A DNA stretch of 64,000 nucleotides from Auanema rhodensis (lineage: Eukaryota; Animalia; Nematoda). Of this stretch, positions 1-14,900 are shown in pieces. The notes below the pieces were generated by a model. It ran no database searches, was not told where the DNA came from, and saw nothing but the letters and a program-made list of their open reading frames with translations. How positions within the stretch are numbered: position 1 is the first letter of the stretch; every line of letters starts with the position of its first letter. The translations under genes and the position numbers were made by a program. The stretch is from NCBI GenBank assembly GCA_964057225.1, contig OZ059897.1, positions 14,818,001 through 14,882,000 on the forward strand. The letters are read 5' to 3'.

Positions 1-1900
1 GATGTATAAAATAAAATTACTAACTGATGAACAGCTGTATCCAGGGTTTTTCGTTTTCCTCCTCTCAAAGCCCAACTTAAAGCTGCTCCCCAGTTTCCGG
101 CTCGGAGATGTCTAGTATATTTAGTTGATGCAAGCACTTATACTAATGTATACCTGTATGTTAAAGTGTTTATAACACAGTTCCTAGATTCTTCAAGATC
201 GTTGTCAACGCATAAATGAAGAAGCTAAAATGCTCAAACTGCAGACAAACTTTTGAATAGTCTAACCTTCTCTGCCTTTGCCTCATCTTCTATATCCATA
301 CTGAGAATATGACTCTCTATTCTTAGCTTTCCTTCTACACCACATTCCAGCAGATAAGAGAATCCTATTTCCCACAAGCTTAATACAAAAATAAAAACAG
401 GGACCATAAGTTAAACAAACCAGCTATGAGTAACTAAGCTTGACCCATACTTCAGTAATAACCTATTTCTAAGTTCTTGAATTGGTTGATCGTAATCCTC
501 GCATGAAAACATTGTTTCAACAAGGTGAACACTGAGCCAAGGATTAGTGATCATATTCTATATAATAATATAGAATTAATTAGTTTGAATTACTGTATAA
601 TGAACCTGTAGAATGCTCACATCACCTAAGTTGAAAATAGCCATAAACGGATCAAACTCAATATCATCATTCATGTTGTTTTTTTGGAAATATTGCAGAC
701 ATTCCTGGAAATATAGCAACCTTTTAAAATCTTCATACTACATTATGTACATCAGCGATTGGTCCGAGGGCATTATAAGGAACAGTAGCATACTTAGAAA
801 AAACGTAGAGAGGCATCAATTGCCACCATTCATCAAGGATGTTCGTTGCCAATCGGGAAAACACCTGTTTATTCATTATAAGTACATATAGCAATCAAAT
901 ATCCAAACCCTTTCATCGCCAGCAAGGCATCTGCTTAAGAAGCCAATATTCTTATTTTCAGTAAATTGCTTAGTGGATAACAGTGAGGATAAATCTTTTT
1001 TCCAAGATTCGAGTTTGTTTTGCTGAAAACAAATGATAATATGGAAAACATGTGAATAAAGTCATACCTTTGAAACATCAAGAAGCCAGTCAATGTTGAA
1101 TTTTTCTAAATGAGAAATGAATATAGCTACTGCTGGATCATTTTTCATTGGAGATAAAAGACGTATACAATCATCAAATTTTAATGCAGCAACATTTAAA
1201 ACTACCTAAATTATAAACAAATAAAATTGAATATACACCTACAACTTACAGCTTTCCAAAACACACCGTGACCTACGCCTAAGCCATTTGCGATTTCATC
1301 AGTAGCTTCATTTGTTACAATTTGCACGAAGTTAAAGGTATCGTGAGCCCAAAGAATTAAATCATAAGATATAGGAGTATCTTAAATATATAAAGATAAA
1401 TATATATATATATATATACCATGAACAAACCTCCAGCTTTCAAAAACATAGTTTCAAAGAGACTCCATAACGCGAAATCTCTAATAAGAGTATCATCGGG
1501 ATTTGTATCGTCCGCAGCTCCTCGAAGTATGGAACGGTAACTACGCGAAACCGAAAGTGTGCTGAATAATTAAACACATTAGTGTTAAAGAATATATGTT
1601 ATTACTAGTCGGAGTTTAATTTTCCAGTGGTTAGTTTCACCCTTCGTGCTTCATCGAAAACCACATGCATTTCCACAATCAGTCGTCTCACAAGGGGTTG
1701 AGCATATAACTCTTTTTCAATAGATCTACAGCTATATAAACCTAGAAACTTTCCGGATACAGGATCTATAACAATAAATTACTAAACGTCTTCAATATGC
1801 TCTTACTATTTTCTGTGTCCCTATTCGAGACGCTGGAAACAGCGAATAACTGTGCCGCATTATCCGTTGAAACTGAGATATGATATGCGTTTTTATTCAT
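1..1900 (-). CDS. npp-2: Nucleoporin Nup85 (multi-exon; 3' end runs off the window edge)
   Basis: Spliced translation gives MNKNAYHISVS..SVSRSYRSILRGA..LVHLVETMF..LWEIGFSYLLEC..RHLRAGNWGAALSWAL, matching the Nup85 pattern. The ATG is directly preceded by a TTTCAG trans-splice-like acceptor. Confidence 0.75.
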
Positions 1901-2249
1901 CCTGAAATAACAAAGCAGCTTTGTGTATTTTAAAAAAAAGTAAAGCTGACAAGAACCATCATTAAATTTTTGAATGTTATAACTATAATCTTTAAACGAA
2001 TTTTCTACGACCTATATTTCTAATGCGACGGCATGTTACTTCGAAATTGACATCGTACATCAGTTACAGTGTATCTTGCATATAGCTATTAAATCTTAAT
2101 TATTGACGAATTTTATTTTAACTAAAAAATTAATAATTTTATTACTGAAATTTGTATTACTTAATAAACATATTCAACATTATATCAAACGGTGTATTTT
2201 ATTTCAATGATAAATTAAAATTTTAAAAATCATAAAATTGCAATTATAT

Positions 2250-3315
2250 ATATATATCGTACTGCTTATTTTGAGTGGAGAAAAGCTTTTCATTTGGTGT
2301 CCTTCTTGTTACATACCATACCATGTAAATCAACCTATGTTTAATTCCATTAAAACAACTGCTGGTAAATTAAGGTTGATAGAAATTGTTGTGTTTCTAA
2401 CACATTCTAGCCGTTGTTCATTATGACTAACTACGAATTGAAACATTACTAACGTTCTAAATATACTTTTAAATTCAATCGAACAAGTAGCGTGAACAAC
2501 TTGCTAAATTTTGTGGAATATTAGCTCGTGTACCAAACAAGAACCATGCACTCACGCTGTGATAACATATATCGAATACAATATCGGCACCTCGAAGAAT
2601 GGTTATTGTTAGTTTATTTGAACCTAAATGAGATTATCTTCATAGTGTCATCACGAATGGATTGTTCTTCAACAGTATTTAGTTCAAGAGTTTCATCTTC
2701 ACTAATTTCATCAATATTTCCTTCATTGCTCAATAATGTTATGGATGGTTCCAGCTTCTGTCCTTAACAAATTGATTATTTTCAAAATGGATAGAAAATA
2801 TTTCATTGATGTAACTATATTGGATTTAAATTGATTAAATATTTGTCTGAATGAGTTTTTTTATTTGACGATTAAATTCAGTAATTCCAATGTTATTTCT
2901 AGATAAAATGTCAAAAAATCGTATTATATAAACTCTAACCTCTTGTTTGAATAATTAAAGTAAAAATCCAGGAGATCATCTACCTACTGTGATATAAGGT
3001 TGTTCTGTATATACTTTAAACAATCATAATTTTATAAATATAGAATTCATACAAATCGGAAGGTAAACCACGAATGTTAGCAATACTTTCGAGCATACAT
3101 GTTCTAATTATATTATGAAATCTTGAAAACAAGTCCATTGCACAGTATCTAAAAACCTGTAGAATAATGGATCTCCAATTGATTTTCAATATAAAACTAA
3201 AACTTTCTTTCCTGGTAATTCATAATAAAAGAATATATTGTGAAATACATTCATTCGTTTAAGATAATTGGATTGGAAGATGATTAGCCGATTGTTTTTA
3301 AGACTGATGAACATT
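2250..3315 (-). other. Unresolved exon-like segments (possible fast-evolving gene or pseudogene) between rfip-1 and Nup85
   Basis: Protein-like stretches flanked by splice-like sites (e.g. QKLEPSITLLSNEGNIDEISEDETLELNTVEEQ). I could not join them into one stop-free ORF. Confidence 0.3.
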
Positions 3316-3642
3316 TTTCTACCATAACAAAATTACATTTCCTAAACACTTAGCTAAAGAAAAAACAAAGAGTTGGAATAAAAATTTATTTTTCTTCATA
3401 TTATGATTTAATAATTACAAATGAAATTAAAAGCAAAAATCCTATTGGATTTATCTACACGGACTATATAAACGACCCTGATCATACGTTGGCGGTAGTA
3501 TAATGGGTGTAGTGAGCAAGAAAAGATCACAATTAAGTTAGACTGACATCACTGGGAAGAACAGGACTAAAGAAAGTATGTACAATTTTTTGTAAAAATT
3601 TAACGATTCTATGTAAAGCTTGGAGTAAAACTTTGAATTTTC

Positions 3643-5457
3643 TTAAAATAAACGATGCTTCGGTTTCTGCTGAAGAACTGGAGCAGCAAGAATTTCTGGA
3701 CAACTGTTTATCGCCCGCGATAACTGAAAAACATTTAATTAGAGTATAATTTTAAAAATAACGCATAAAAACAAGATTACTCGTTGAATTAAATGATCAA
3801 AAATAATCTTAGATCGGAAATATAAAAGTGAAAGTTATTCATGTGATATGAATATTTCATTTTTATATTTAAAAAGTTCGAAGTCAAAGGTAGAAAAAAG
3901 AATAACTCACAATCACATCTAGATATTCTTGTAATTCTCTGAGTTGGCAATCTTTAACATGAAGTTCCAGTTTTAAACTATCTAACTCGGCAAGAAGATC
4001 ACGTTGAGAAAGGGAAGTATCGCCATCTCGAATATTTTTCTAAAACACCACTTAGCTGTCTATTTAACCTGGGAACATACCAAGTTGTTCTGCTTCCCAG
4101 AGCCAAAGCCAGAAGACGTATTACTTCTCATACTATTAACTCTGTTGAAAGATCCAGCTTTTGAAAGCTTAAAGAATGAGTTGATTTTATGAATAGCTCG
4201 TACGACACCTACCGAAGGCGACATACTAGCATAGAGTGGCGTTGAGTGCGCTACAGGACCTCCATGATGAGTCAAGGAAAGTGATGACCCATTGTTTGAC
4301 AAATTGGCATCGCTAGTAGAGGAAAGAGGTCTATTGGAGCTAAAATATTTTGAAAATTAAGAACTGGAAAAAATATCATACTTATGATACGCTTCTGGGG
4401 ACAGAAAATGTGGACCATCGAATTGGTCTTCTTCTTCATGGAACGTTTTAGAGGCTGGCTCCAAATCTCTAGGTAAAGTTGATGACCTTAAATAAACAAA
4501 TAAGTATGAAAAATCAAAAATTAAAAGTTACTTATGCAATCCTCCGAATGTTTTACTGAGTTTATTTTTCAGAAAACTACTCTTAGTACTATGGGTACTA
4601 TACATACTGAATCCACTGGCAATAGATGTAGTATCGTCCGCTTGTTTCTGTTTGGCCATTTTTATCTTACGTTTCATTTTGCTTAGTACACTATCTTAAT
4701 ACAAATAAAAGAAATAGAAACTTTTTAAAGAAGATAACCAACCTTTCTCTACCTTATTCAGGGACAAATTAGAAATGGAGAGGTTGGATTTTTCATATAT
4801 AAAACTGAATTGCAACTGAACATCTCCTCTGAAAAATGATGGATGAGCGCTATGAATCAACTCAACATTAATCTAACCTGTATTTTTCATCATTTTTTTT
4901 CTTTTTCAACATGTGCCAGCTAGGTGCACTGACTTTCCGAGCTTGTTCTAACGGGATTTCACATGTTCCAATCAATTCTAAACATATTACTCAGAACAGT
5001 TCCAAAAAATAAGAGAACAAACCAGATGTTCCTAGGGTGGTTGTTTTATGACTAACCGAAACAACAACTGTAGTTGCTTTTTCATTCAATTTGCTAAAAC
5101 AAAGAAAATTTTCAAAAAGAATTAATAATTTCAAACAACATACAATTCACAATGTTCATCCCATTTCACTTCCCCAGAAGTGTGAACTATTTCTGTTTGC
5201 ACACGGCTTTTAGTAGAGCCTTTCCCCTGAAAAAGGGAATTTCAATAAACGAAAATAAAAAGTATAATATTAAATATAAATAAACATTAAAAATAAAAAA
5301 ATTACCTGTAGAGTAATGGTAGCTAGAGCATCAACCGAACTATGATTTCTTAGATAAAGACCCTTCGCTCCAACGACTGAAAAAAAAACAGAAATGTAAA
5401 AACAAGCAAATAGGGTTAAAATCAAATACCATGCACAATCAGAGTGTTCGGCTCCAT
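3643..5457 (-). CDS. rfip-1: Rab11 family-interacting protein (N-terminal C2 domain, C-terminal Rab11-binding domain)
   Basis: C2 domain: VVGAKGLY..VKWDEHCE..WHML..KYRGDVQLQFSF. C-terminus LRELQEYLDVILSRAINSCPEIL resembles the FIP-RBD consensus. Confidence 0.8.
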
Positions 5458-5723
5458 CGATCTATTCTACAACATCAATATTATAATCAAAATGAAATCG
5501 AATGAATGAAATTCGAAAAGATATTAGAATCGGCATGACACCGATGAATCACGTCATAATAATGATCATTAAAGTTGAAAAACCATAGAACTTCATAACA
5601 ACGTAACCAGAGGTCAACAACAAGGAAACACAGTGTAACAATAAAATCATTAACAGTTCAACAAAGTAAAAATTTGTGTAATAAGTATAATATGGGGAAA
5701 GCCCACCAAGCTAATAACAAAAA

Positions 5724-8700
5724 TTAGTCGCTTTCAGCAGAACCGTCGTCCTCTTCATGCTTGTCATCATCACTGTCGTCATCGGATCCTAAGTCAAATT
5801 CTTTTCGTTGTCGGTCCTCCGCCGACTTGGACGACTCGTCTTCTTCTCCGTAGTGGATAGGCAATACAACAACCTGATTCCTGGCTTCCTTATTTACCTA
5901 AACGATAAAAAATGGGGTATGAACCTTCTATTTCCGCAAAACATACCCACCACCGGCCTTCACGATGCTCTTGTCCAGCAGCGATTCCCACAAGTTTTCC
6001 ATCTGGAGAGAAACAAATGCTGTTAATAAAACCGTCCTGAAAACATCGTTTAGAGAGTTTTCTTCACAATACAACAACAATTGAAATGACCAAATTGTCC
6101 TTACCACATTATATTCATATACTTGTAGTATTCGTTTATAATCTGGAGATATTTTCCACAACTTAAACAAGCCGTCATCGGAGCCGGTAGCCACCAAATC
6201 TAAAAACAAATAAACGTCACAGCTGCTTCTCCATGTGAGGGAAAATAAATAAAATATCAACTAACCTGAATAAGGAACAGCTGCGATTGAAACCACCCAT
6301 CGAGCTTCACCGGAATCACGCAATCCGTGGATATTTTGTCTTACGGCAACAGGCTTTTTCTTCCACAATGACCAAAGACATAAAGTTCTAGAAATAAAGA
6401 AAAAAGTGGAAATAAATAAAAAATATAGGAAATAATAAAGTAGAAAGAATAAAAAAATGTTTTATAATTGGGAAACGGAAACTATTTATATGGGACTACG
6501 CATGACAGTCTTATCAAGTGAAATGCAAAGCTGACTAAAATCAGAGAGCACTTGTCGTTTAGACGTTGGAATCAGCTCAAAACAGAAACGTCACTTTTTT
6601 AATATTGCAAAGAAAAAAGTTGTAGAAAACTATCCTCAAAACAAAAAAAAACATTATGTCAACAGGTATGCCACTTATGTCATGTATATGAAACAGAAAA
6701 ATGTGCTAAATAGGAAAGGGAGGGAGAATGATGGTCTGATGATAGAACTATCAAATACTAGAGCATTGAGGCATGCCCAACCAGCAGAACAAACATGATC
6801 AGGACAATTGGTGAGGACAGAAAGAGCGGAAGAGAAAAAAGGCCTGCAAAACTGGTCGTGAAGGAGAAACACGGAGATGCAAGAGATGAGAACGTAAGGT
6901 GGTTGAACAGAAAGAAATGAATGACTATGGATAATAGAGAGGAAAAATTCGAGAGGGATTTTGTGCGTCAGACTCTCGTTCATCGCGAAGAACAAAATAC
7001 ATTTTAGAGAGATTGCAAAAGAAAGAATCGAGCAGGATATGATGTACTTGGAGGCCAAGTCCGTTGAAATGAAAAGTGAAGAGAAGTTTGAATGAGAACA
7101 ATTTTGACAATACCAAGGCAGGCATCAGTTAAAATTGTCATTCAAAAGTAAATAGAGAATATGAAAGAGAAAAGTATGGGGTTATAGGACAGCGTGGCTG
7201 ATTGATAAGAGAATCAATGGGAGAGCGTGAATCAGTTGATTTTGTCGACCGCAAACTTATTATAGCTACAGCGGAAACGAGAAGAAAAGAGATCGGTTTT
7301 ACAAGCAAGTGTAAAATTAAAAAAAAATGACATTACTCGACAAAAAACAAACAAATTTCGCCTTTTCGTCAAATTTTTTTCAACTAAGAAATTTCAAAAA
7401 TGCTTTCTATTTGCTTGAAAATGACTTGGCATTGAATAAAAGAATACTACTAACCCTGAGGATGATCCCGATACAAAATGATCGTCATTCAGCATAGCAA
7501 CACAATCCATAGTAATACATCCTTGCGGGCCCGTAAACACCTTACAAAGAAACAAGAGATTAGCGGTGAGATGAACAAGACTATTATCTAACCAGTTGGC
7601 TTTCATCTTCAACTTTCCACAATCGGCATGTCCTGTCTTGAGCGCCAGCTGTCAATACTCGTTGTTTTTGAAGAGCACTTAGGGATTGAACAGAATCCTG
7701 ATGCCCAAACATAGTGTCTACCATTCCCATCTGATCTAGATCCCATAACTAGAAAAATAGTGATGATACAGAAAGTCCAACATCTTGCTTACTTTAACTG
7801 ATCTATCCCTACTAGCACTGAATAAGCAGTTAGTTTTCAATTGGAAACAAAGAGCAGTAATAGGTGCACGATGTCCCTTGAAGTCATGAACATGTGCTAG
7901 TGTTTCGAAATTCCAAATCTAAAATCATAAAAATCTGTCATAAAAATCAAAGTTTGTAGAAATATAAACCTTCAACACATTATCAAAGCCACCACTGGCT
8001 ATGAAGCGACCATCAGAAGAGATAGCTACAGCAAAAATATGGCCATAGTGAGCGTGTTGTTCTGTGTCGTTCTTTTTTGTTCGTTTAATAACTCCAACCA
8101 CTTTCTTCTCTATTAAACTATCTGTAAAACAGAAATGTATAATCACCGATAACAATAGAAACGCAAAACGAACATTTAACAATACTAGATTCTTTCCCAC
8201 AACTAATGACATACTTCGAACATGGTGAAATAGCTATACATAATGGAGTAAACCTAAATTATTACTGATTACAATGAATATCTAATAGTGGCACTGTGAT
8301 AATAAAACTATTAATAGAATTCACGTAAGAAGATAACATTAACAACTAACCTATGAGCCTTATAGTTAATTTCTTCTTCATCTCGCAACTCTGCTTTATC
8401 TGCTAATTCAATTTTCAGTGTTCCAGCCCGTTGGGCAGCATCCTCTCTCAACAAATCTCCAAGGTCTTCATCTTCTTTTTTTTCTTCCTTGAAAAGTGAA
8501 ATTTTACATAGATCCGTAAAACATGATTGCTTACCTCCAACTTGGACAACAATTGTTTAGCCTCTCTGTATGTTCTCTCGTCAACATTATCGTATTCATT
8601 TTCACTAGCTTCCGATGCACTTTGATGACCAATTGAATCTTCATCATCAGATTGAATTTCAGTACTAGCCATTAGTCGCTTCCTTCTGGACAGTTGCACC

Positions 8701-8853
8701 TCTTTATCATCAGTTTTCATAGTCTGAATTAATAGAGATACATTGAAATTAATTATATCAAATAGAAATATGAAAACTAACCCTTTTAATTGCTTTCTTC
8801 CTATTAACTCTACCATCTTTAGTATCGCGTACTGTTTGAAATAAAGACGGCAT
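5724..8853 (-). CDS. RRP9: U3 snoRNP-associated WD40 protein RRP9/U3-55K
   Basis: Acidic N-terminus (EIQSDDED), then WD40 repeats (AVAISSDGRFIASGG, FKGHRAPIT, MVDTMFGHQDSV, AGAQDRTCRLWKVEDESQLVF) and the RRP9-type GQEHREGRWW motif. Contains one ~1.06 kb intron. Confidence 0.88.
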
Positions 8854-9020
8854 GCTGAACAAGTAAATTAACATCTATTCAAGTTTTAAATGATCGATAT
8901 TACATGGCGCAAAACCAGTAAAGTTCAAGATGCTTAACAAGACAAAATAAGATTTTTAATGAAAATATGTACGAAAATTCCCGTATTAGTCAACAGAAAA
9001 CAAAAACAATCCGAACACCA

Positions 9021-11749
9021 TCAATTGGCTTTAAGAGCCTCAACCACTTCAGGAGTTAATAACTCTGCGCTCAATAAGGAATTTCTCAATTTTCTGAGAG
9101 AATTGCCATTATTCGAGATCCAGCTTGTGATTATTGCTAACACATTTTCTTCAGCCTAAGAGTAATAAAATCAGTATGTGATAAAAAAAACTAGAAATTC
9201 AATACCTTTTTCTCAGCATCTTTCTGGTAAGCAGGGTCTAATGCATTAATCAATGCATCTACCTTTTCACTTAACATACTGCTCAATTTATTACGAGTAT
9301 CAAGGGAAACTTCATGATCTGGCCCCGGCGAACTAGATCTATATTAAATACATAATTAAATTAATTATTGCAAGACTAACCCTTCCTTTTCTTTGAATTT
9401 CTTCAAAGATTGTTCAACAAGTTTTCTTGCCTCCCTTTCTTCTCGTTCAATTAGCTCGTTTTTGAACGTCTAAATTGAAAAAAAATTATATTTTATTGAA
9501 TTGAAATAAACATACATCCATCTTTTTGCCAGTATCTATCATAGTTTTTTCAAGAAAACTTTTTATGTTAGTAGTTGGGGTGCCCACAGTACAGCTGAAG
9601 TATTGAGAGCTTTCCAATAACAGATAACGACAAGCTTTCCACATATAAGACGGATTATTGACGGATCTGAAATTGCAAAACATTTATAATACTACAATTT
9701 GCTTTGTCTTACTTGTATTCTTCTTCAACTTGTTGTTCAGGGTCAAGTTCGTCCAAAGGATCCCTCAAAAACGTCTCAAGATCCGGAGTGAATTTTCTAA
9801 ACACTACTTTGAAAGTAATAATATTAAAAGAAAACAAAACCTTTTTTGAGATCGACAAGCAGCTAGGAGATCCGGCTCAATATTCCACAATTTATTTAAT
9901 TCGCTACTACCCAAATCAATGACATTAACATCAAAGCCAACACGAGGTCGTCTGTAATTATATAAGAATAATGATGAAAATCTTAGAAGAATCACTTTCT
10001 ATAAAGATGCATAGGCTGATTGTCTATAAAAGTGCTCATGTCGGGACAACTTGAATTCTTCCAGGAAGACCATTCCTTTTCTCTCAGAAGGATCGCCTTT
10101 AATGTCATTTAAATTCTCGAAACATTGTGTAAAAAGAGTTACCTTTACACTATCAACAAAAGCCGAACCTCTTGGATGAGTTTCTTTCAATAACTTATAG
10201 CACTTATCAGTATTTTCATTCACAAACCGAATTTGGTCTTCTGCTAGAACATGTACCTTCCTGAAAATAAAGATAACTTTATCATTTCAATTGGTACATA
10301 CTGCTTCATTTTCACATCCGCCAATAAATACTGGAAAATTATGACACATTGAATGAGGAAATATCGTCGAAATTGTGAATCATTCAATTGAAGTTGTAAA
10401 AGCTGAATTTCCACTATTAAAGATAATTAGATTAAATCAACGTACTTTAGGACTGGTTAAATATTTTGCAAAATACATTTCTGAGGATTCATTAGTAGCT
10501 TTGCTTGCCTAAAGCATATAAGAAAATAATGAAATATTAGATAAGTTACAAACATTACGACTATGTTTCTCATCATCACCATTTTTCTCCAGTTTATATG
10601 TGGCAAATGTAGTTAATACTTCTGATATATTCTATAAATAATTTTAAAATTTAAAACTTTTAGTTCAGGCAAATGTACCTTTTGGAAAGTGGCAAATTTG
10701 GTTTTATCAAAACAGTCAATAGGATTTGAAAAATATGATTGCAATTGCCAAAACATGGAGTAAAGCTCTTGCGTAACAGGAACGGTAGAATCTCTATATA
10801 GTATCAAATAAATTAATACACATATATAGTGTAATTCAAAATGTTCAATACATTTAGGAATATTGAAAAACTCACTTAGATTCTTTTATCTCTCCCATCT
10901 CTAAATCCTCATCAACAACTGTGAAAGTAGGCATGAGATCAGTGGCTTGAATATCATTCTGAACAATAATTACATTAAAAAAATAGTTAATTTTAATTTT
11001 ATACCATTTCATACTGTGTAGTGTTCAACGTATTAAAATGACCCATTAAATTAACTCCTGACTTCTCTCCCAATGATAAAAATCTGAATATTTCTTTAAT
11101 AACAATACAATTAATTTGGTGTTGAACTAAACCTGCTCAAAAAAAATAATATTCTTCCGCAAAATGAAGTTTCAACAGTTCTACTCAATCGTTTTAATAA
11201 ATCATTGCACATTCGTAAGACCGAGGTTTGGCATGGATCTCCAAGTGGAGGCTTAAAATTTAAAAACTAATTTCGGTGGTTTATAACTTATAAACAAAAC
11301 CTGTTTAAGAAGACCAATATTTTCCTCAACTATATCAAATAATTTCTCACATCTATCAATTTTACTAACATCAAATATATCCTGAAGCATAGTGACGGAT
11401 AATGATTTCGTTATATATCCTAAACACTCAGTAACTCAAAGATGAGCTTTATATTTAAATTACCTTGCTTACAGAGTTCAACCACAAAAACAAAATGGTT
11501 TTTAGCACAGTCTTTGAACTCATTGTCTGACATATGAGCTATATTCAAGGCTCGTGTTCTTATCTCACGTTCAATTTTACCAACAAATGCTTCCCCAGTT
11601 CTTAAACTACTATTTCTTAATAAATTTCAGAAAGCAATAATTTTTGGATTGCGAAGATATTCGCCCATAAAATAATAAAATACAAACCCCTTTTCGGAAA
11701 AAAGTTGTTTAAGAGATTCAAAATCCCCTTTTAGTATGCATTCTTCCAT
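9021..11749 (-). CDS. thoc-1: THO complex subunit 1 (THOC1/HPR1)
   Basis: Signature VLRMCNDLLKRLSRTVETSFCGRIIIFLSRFLSLGEKSGVNLMGHFN; also LYSMFWQLQSYFSNP and DLGSSELNKLWN. Confidence 0.9.
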
Positions 11750-11962
11750 CTGAATAAAAATGTATTTGTTTCGAAGATATCAGAAAAAAAAGATACTTAA
11801 AAGATTACAACCTTTAAGCCAACAAATTTATAAAAAGAAATAAAACTTCATTATATTCACCAGTGAAACCAACCGAATTATAGATTGCAATACAATTACA
11901 GAGATCGAATGAACATTAACCATGCATGTACTTATTATAAATAATTTAGCCGAATTTACAAA

Positions 11963-14900
11963 TTATGCATCTTCCATTTCAAGTCCAGCAAGGCGTGATT
12001 TAATATTACGAAGGGTAGCTGGATCAACGGAACGTCTTGCTTTATTCATCTTTTTAACTTCTTGGGGAGGAGAACGTACGCTGGTTAAAGCAGTTGGTAC
12101 AACAATAGAACTGAAATAAAAACTTTATCCGTGAAAATTTAAAATAAATACCTTGTTAGAGCTTCCTCATTCAAATCCCTAGCTTTCAAAACAGGATTTG
12201 TGCTCCAATTAACACCAAACATATTTTCAATTTTCAAAGTGAATTCATACAAATCTTTACCACATTCAACAAGCGACTAAAATGATTTGAATAGAAAGGA
12301 ACAACTATAAAACCATGACTTACAGGAGAGAGTGGAGCATTGTTTGCATTTGAATTATTTTGTTCATCTTCAACCATTTTTTTAATTGCTTTCCGTAAAT
12401 GATTCTTAAATAAAATTTTGATTGCGTTTGAGATTAACCAAATGCATACCCTATCAGTATAATCGTTGAACGCACCACGTTCTTCAGGATGATCACGCAG
12501 GTAATTTTGAAGACTTAAAAGATGACGATCAAACTAAAGCACACATATTAAAAAATATTATTGTATTTTTGAAACTACCGATCCCATATCACGAACACAA
12601 TTGTCAACAAGTACATATACTTCTTTTCTAAGTGGAGCATTTTCACTTCGACTACTACGAGGCTGAGGAAGATCAGGAGCAACCTATATTAAAATTAAAC
12701 GCAGATCTATAAATAATATTTACTATGCCCGGAAGAAGTGGCACCCAGTTGTCGTTTTCTGTCTTCAATTGTCTCAAACAGCAGTTGATATAACTGACTA
12801 GCTGAGTATGCGGATTCGGCATTCTACGAACACCGTCCAATACCTATTATCGAAATTACTAGTTCTTTCAAAAACAAAACTACACTTACGGTATCTCCCA
12901 TAGTCATTACGGCTTTTTGAAGGCACATATCCATGCAACGAAGACCTTCTTCAACATAGAAAAGTCTTGGCTGCTACAACAATTAAATATATTTAAAACT
13001 TGAGGGGAAAAGTAATACATCAAAAATTTTGACATAAAAGTCATTAGCGTAGTTCAAAAAAACGCCAAGTCTCAATGGTTTTGGAGTCTTAGTCATATTG
13101 TCTTGCCATTTGTAAACACACTATAATTGGATTAGATAAATTGCCGAGCATAGTTATACAATTAACCTTGCTGAATAGTTCAACAGCTTCTCCATTTGGA
13201 TCAGCAAGGAGAGCACTAGTTAAGCATTTCGCACAAGCAGCAAAAAAAACAGTTGTCTCAATTCTACCACAAACACGGAGAATAGTAACATTAATAGATT
13301 TACGAATAGATATTCCCTGAAACCAAGTCTATAAAATAATAGAAGAACATTCACATACCTCGTCGTATTCTATACTTTCAGATTTGGTCGTACTTAAAAG
13401 ATTTATAGCAGCATAAAGCCATTCGGACATTGCATCTTCATTCAAAAATGAGAGTTTAAGATTGTTGGAATGAAGCTTAAAATAATTATAAACTAAAACA
13501 ATACTTGAAAACGCTTACATGGTGGAAGAAATTGAAGACAAGTTTTAATAAATCTCTTCCTTGACTTGAATGAACAGTATAAACATTAGCAATATAATTA
13601 ATTTGTGTAGCAAAGTATTTAACAACGAAAGAAATTCTATCTTCCACCAATTCTTTTTGCTCATCAACAGAGAGCATGTAGTATACCTAAACATCCCAAT
13701 GAATTAAAATTAATCTTTGATTTTTACCTGTTCAATTGCTTCTTTAGCGATTTCATATCGATCCGATGCAATATTTTGAATAACACGTTCAAACTGATCC
13801 AGAGTATCAATTGAAGAAATGCTTGAAGATGATCCACTTCTTCTGGAAAAAAGAAAAAATATTGTAAGAGTTTTGTTCTATTATTGAATATTCTCTAAAA
13901 CAAATAGTCTTACTTAAGTGCCGTAGTCGTAACTCTCGGTCTTAAACTGGCCGCATTTGGAGCATCTATTCTATCCAAGGCATCTAACTGTTTAGTACTT
14001 TCCAGGGTATGGACGCCCATCTCAACAAACTAAAATTCATGCTAAGGATGAAAATTAGAGAGAATTCAGTAACCTCATCGTCAATTTCATAACGAGATTT
14101 AGCACGTGGCATATGTGTCAATGTGCGTTCATTGAAGTTTCTGTCCGCTAAAGAAAAAAAAATATAATGTTAACAAAGTCTAAATACTATGCAAATAAAA
14201 AGTAACATACTTGGTTCAGGACTTTGGTTACGAGATTGGGACCGATCAACACTGACAGGACGTTGAACTGGAGGGCCACGTTCTGAGAAGAAAGGATTAA
14301 GTACTCAAAAAAGTAACAAAAAGAACCTCCTGGAACAACAATTCTTGCATTAGGTGTTTTGGCTTTAGGAGTTGGAGCCGACCCAGGTGTTACACCCATT
14401 CTTTTAATTCTCTCTTCAACTAAAGCGCGATCTTTATCGGCAATTTTTCCAACATTTCTCCACATCTATTACCAATATATTTAATAATGTTAAACACCAA
14501 AAACAAACCTGGTCTCCCTCTTCGCGGTAGCAAGCAACTAAGCCATTTATAGCAGCATTTCGTACATTATTGTCCCTATCACTAACCTGAGCAGCAATCA
14601 ACTTATGAATTCCCTGAAGTGTCATACAATGTTATAAAGTACTTGTATATTAGCCTCTTACTAAGCTCTTTAATGGTGAAACACCTCCTCTAATAAGATA
14701 TGTTTCAAGATATTGCAAGCATTCAGTACGTTGACGAGCGTTTTTTGATTTTAAAGCTTCTGCAAAAGGAAATATTAACTTGAAAGAAAAACTGTAAAAT
14801 TTACCTAGTACGTGTGGGGTCATTTTATATGCAGATGTCACTTCAGTCAATTCTTCTACAATGTCCTTCACAACTGTACGAACATTTTCCTTGGGTTCTC

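Noticed and set aside
6675-7125. Hydrophobic ORFs in the RRP9 intron
   Set aside because: They are explained by the pyrimidine-rich strand composition and show no domain features.
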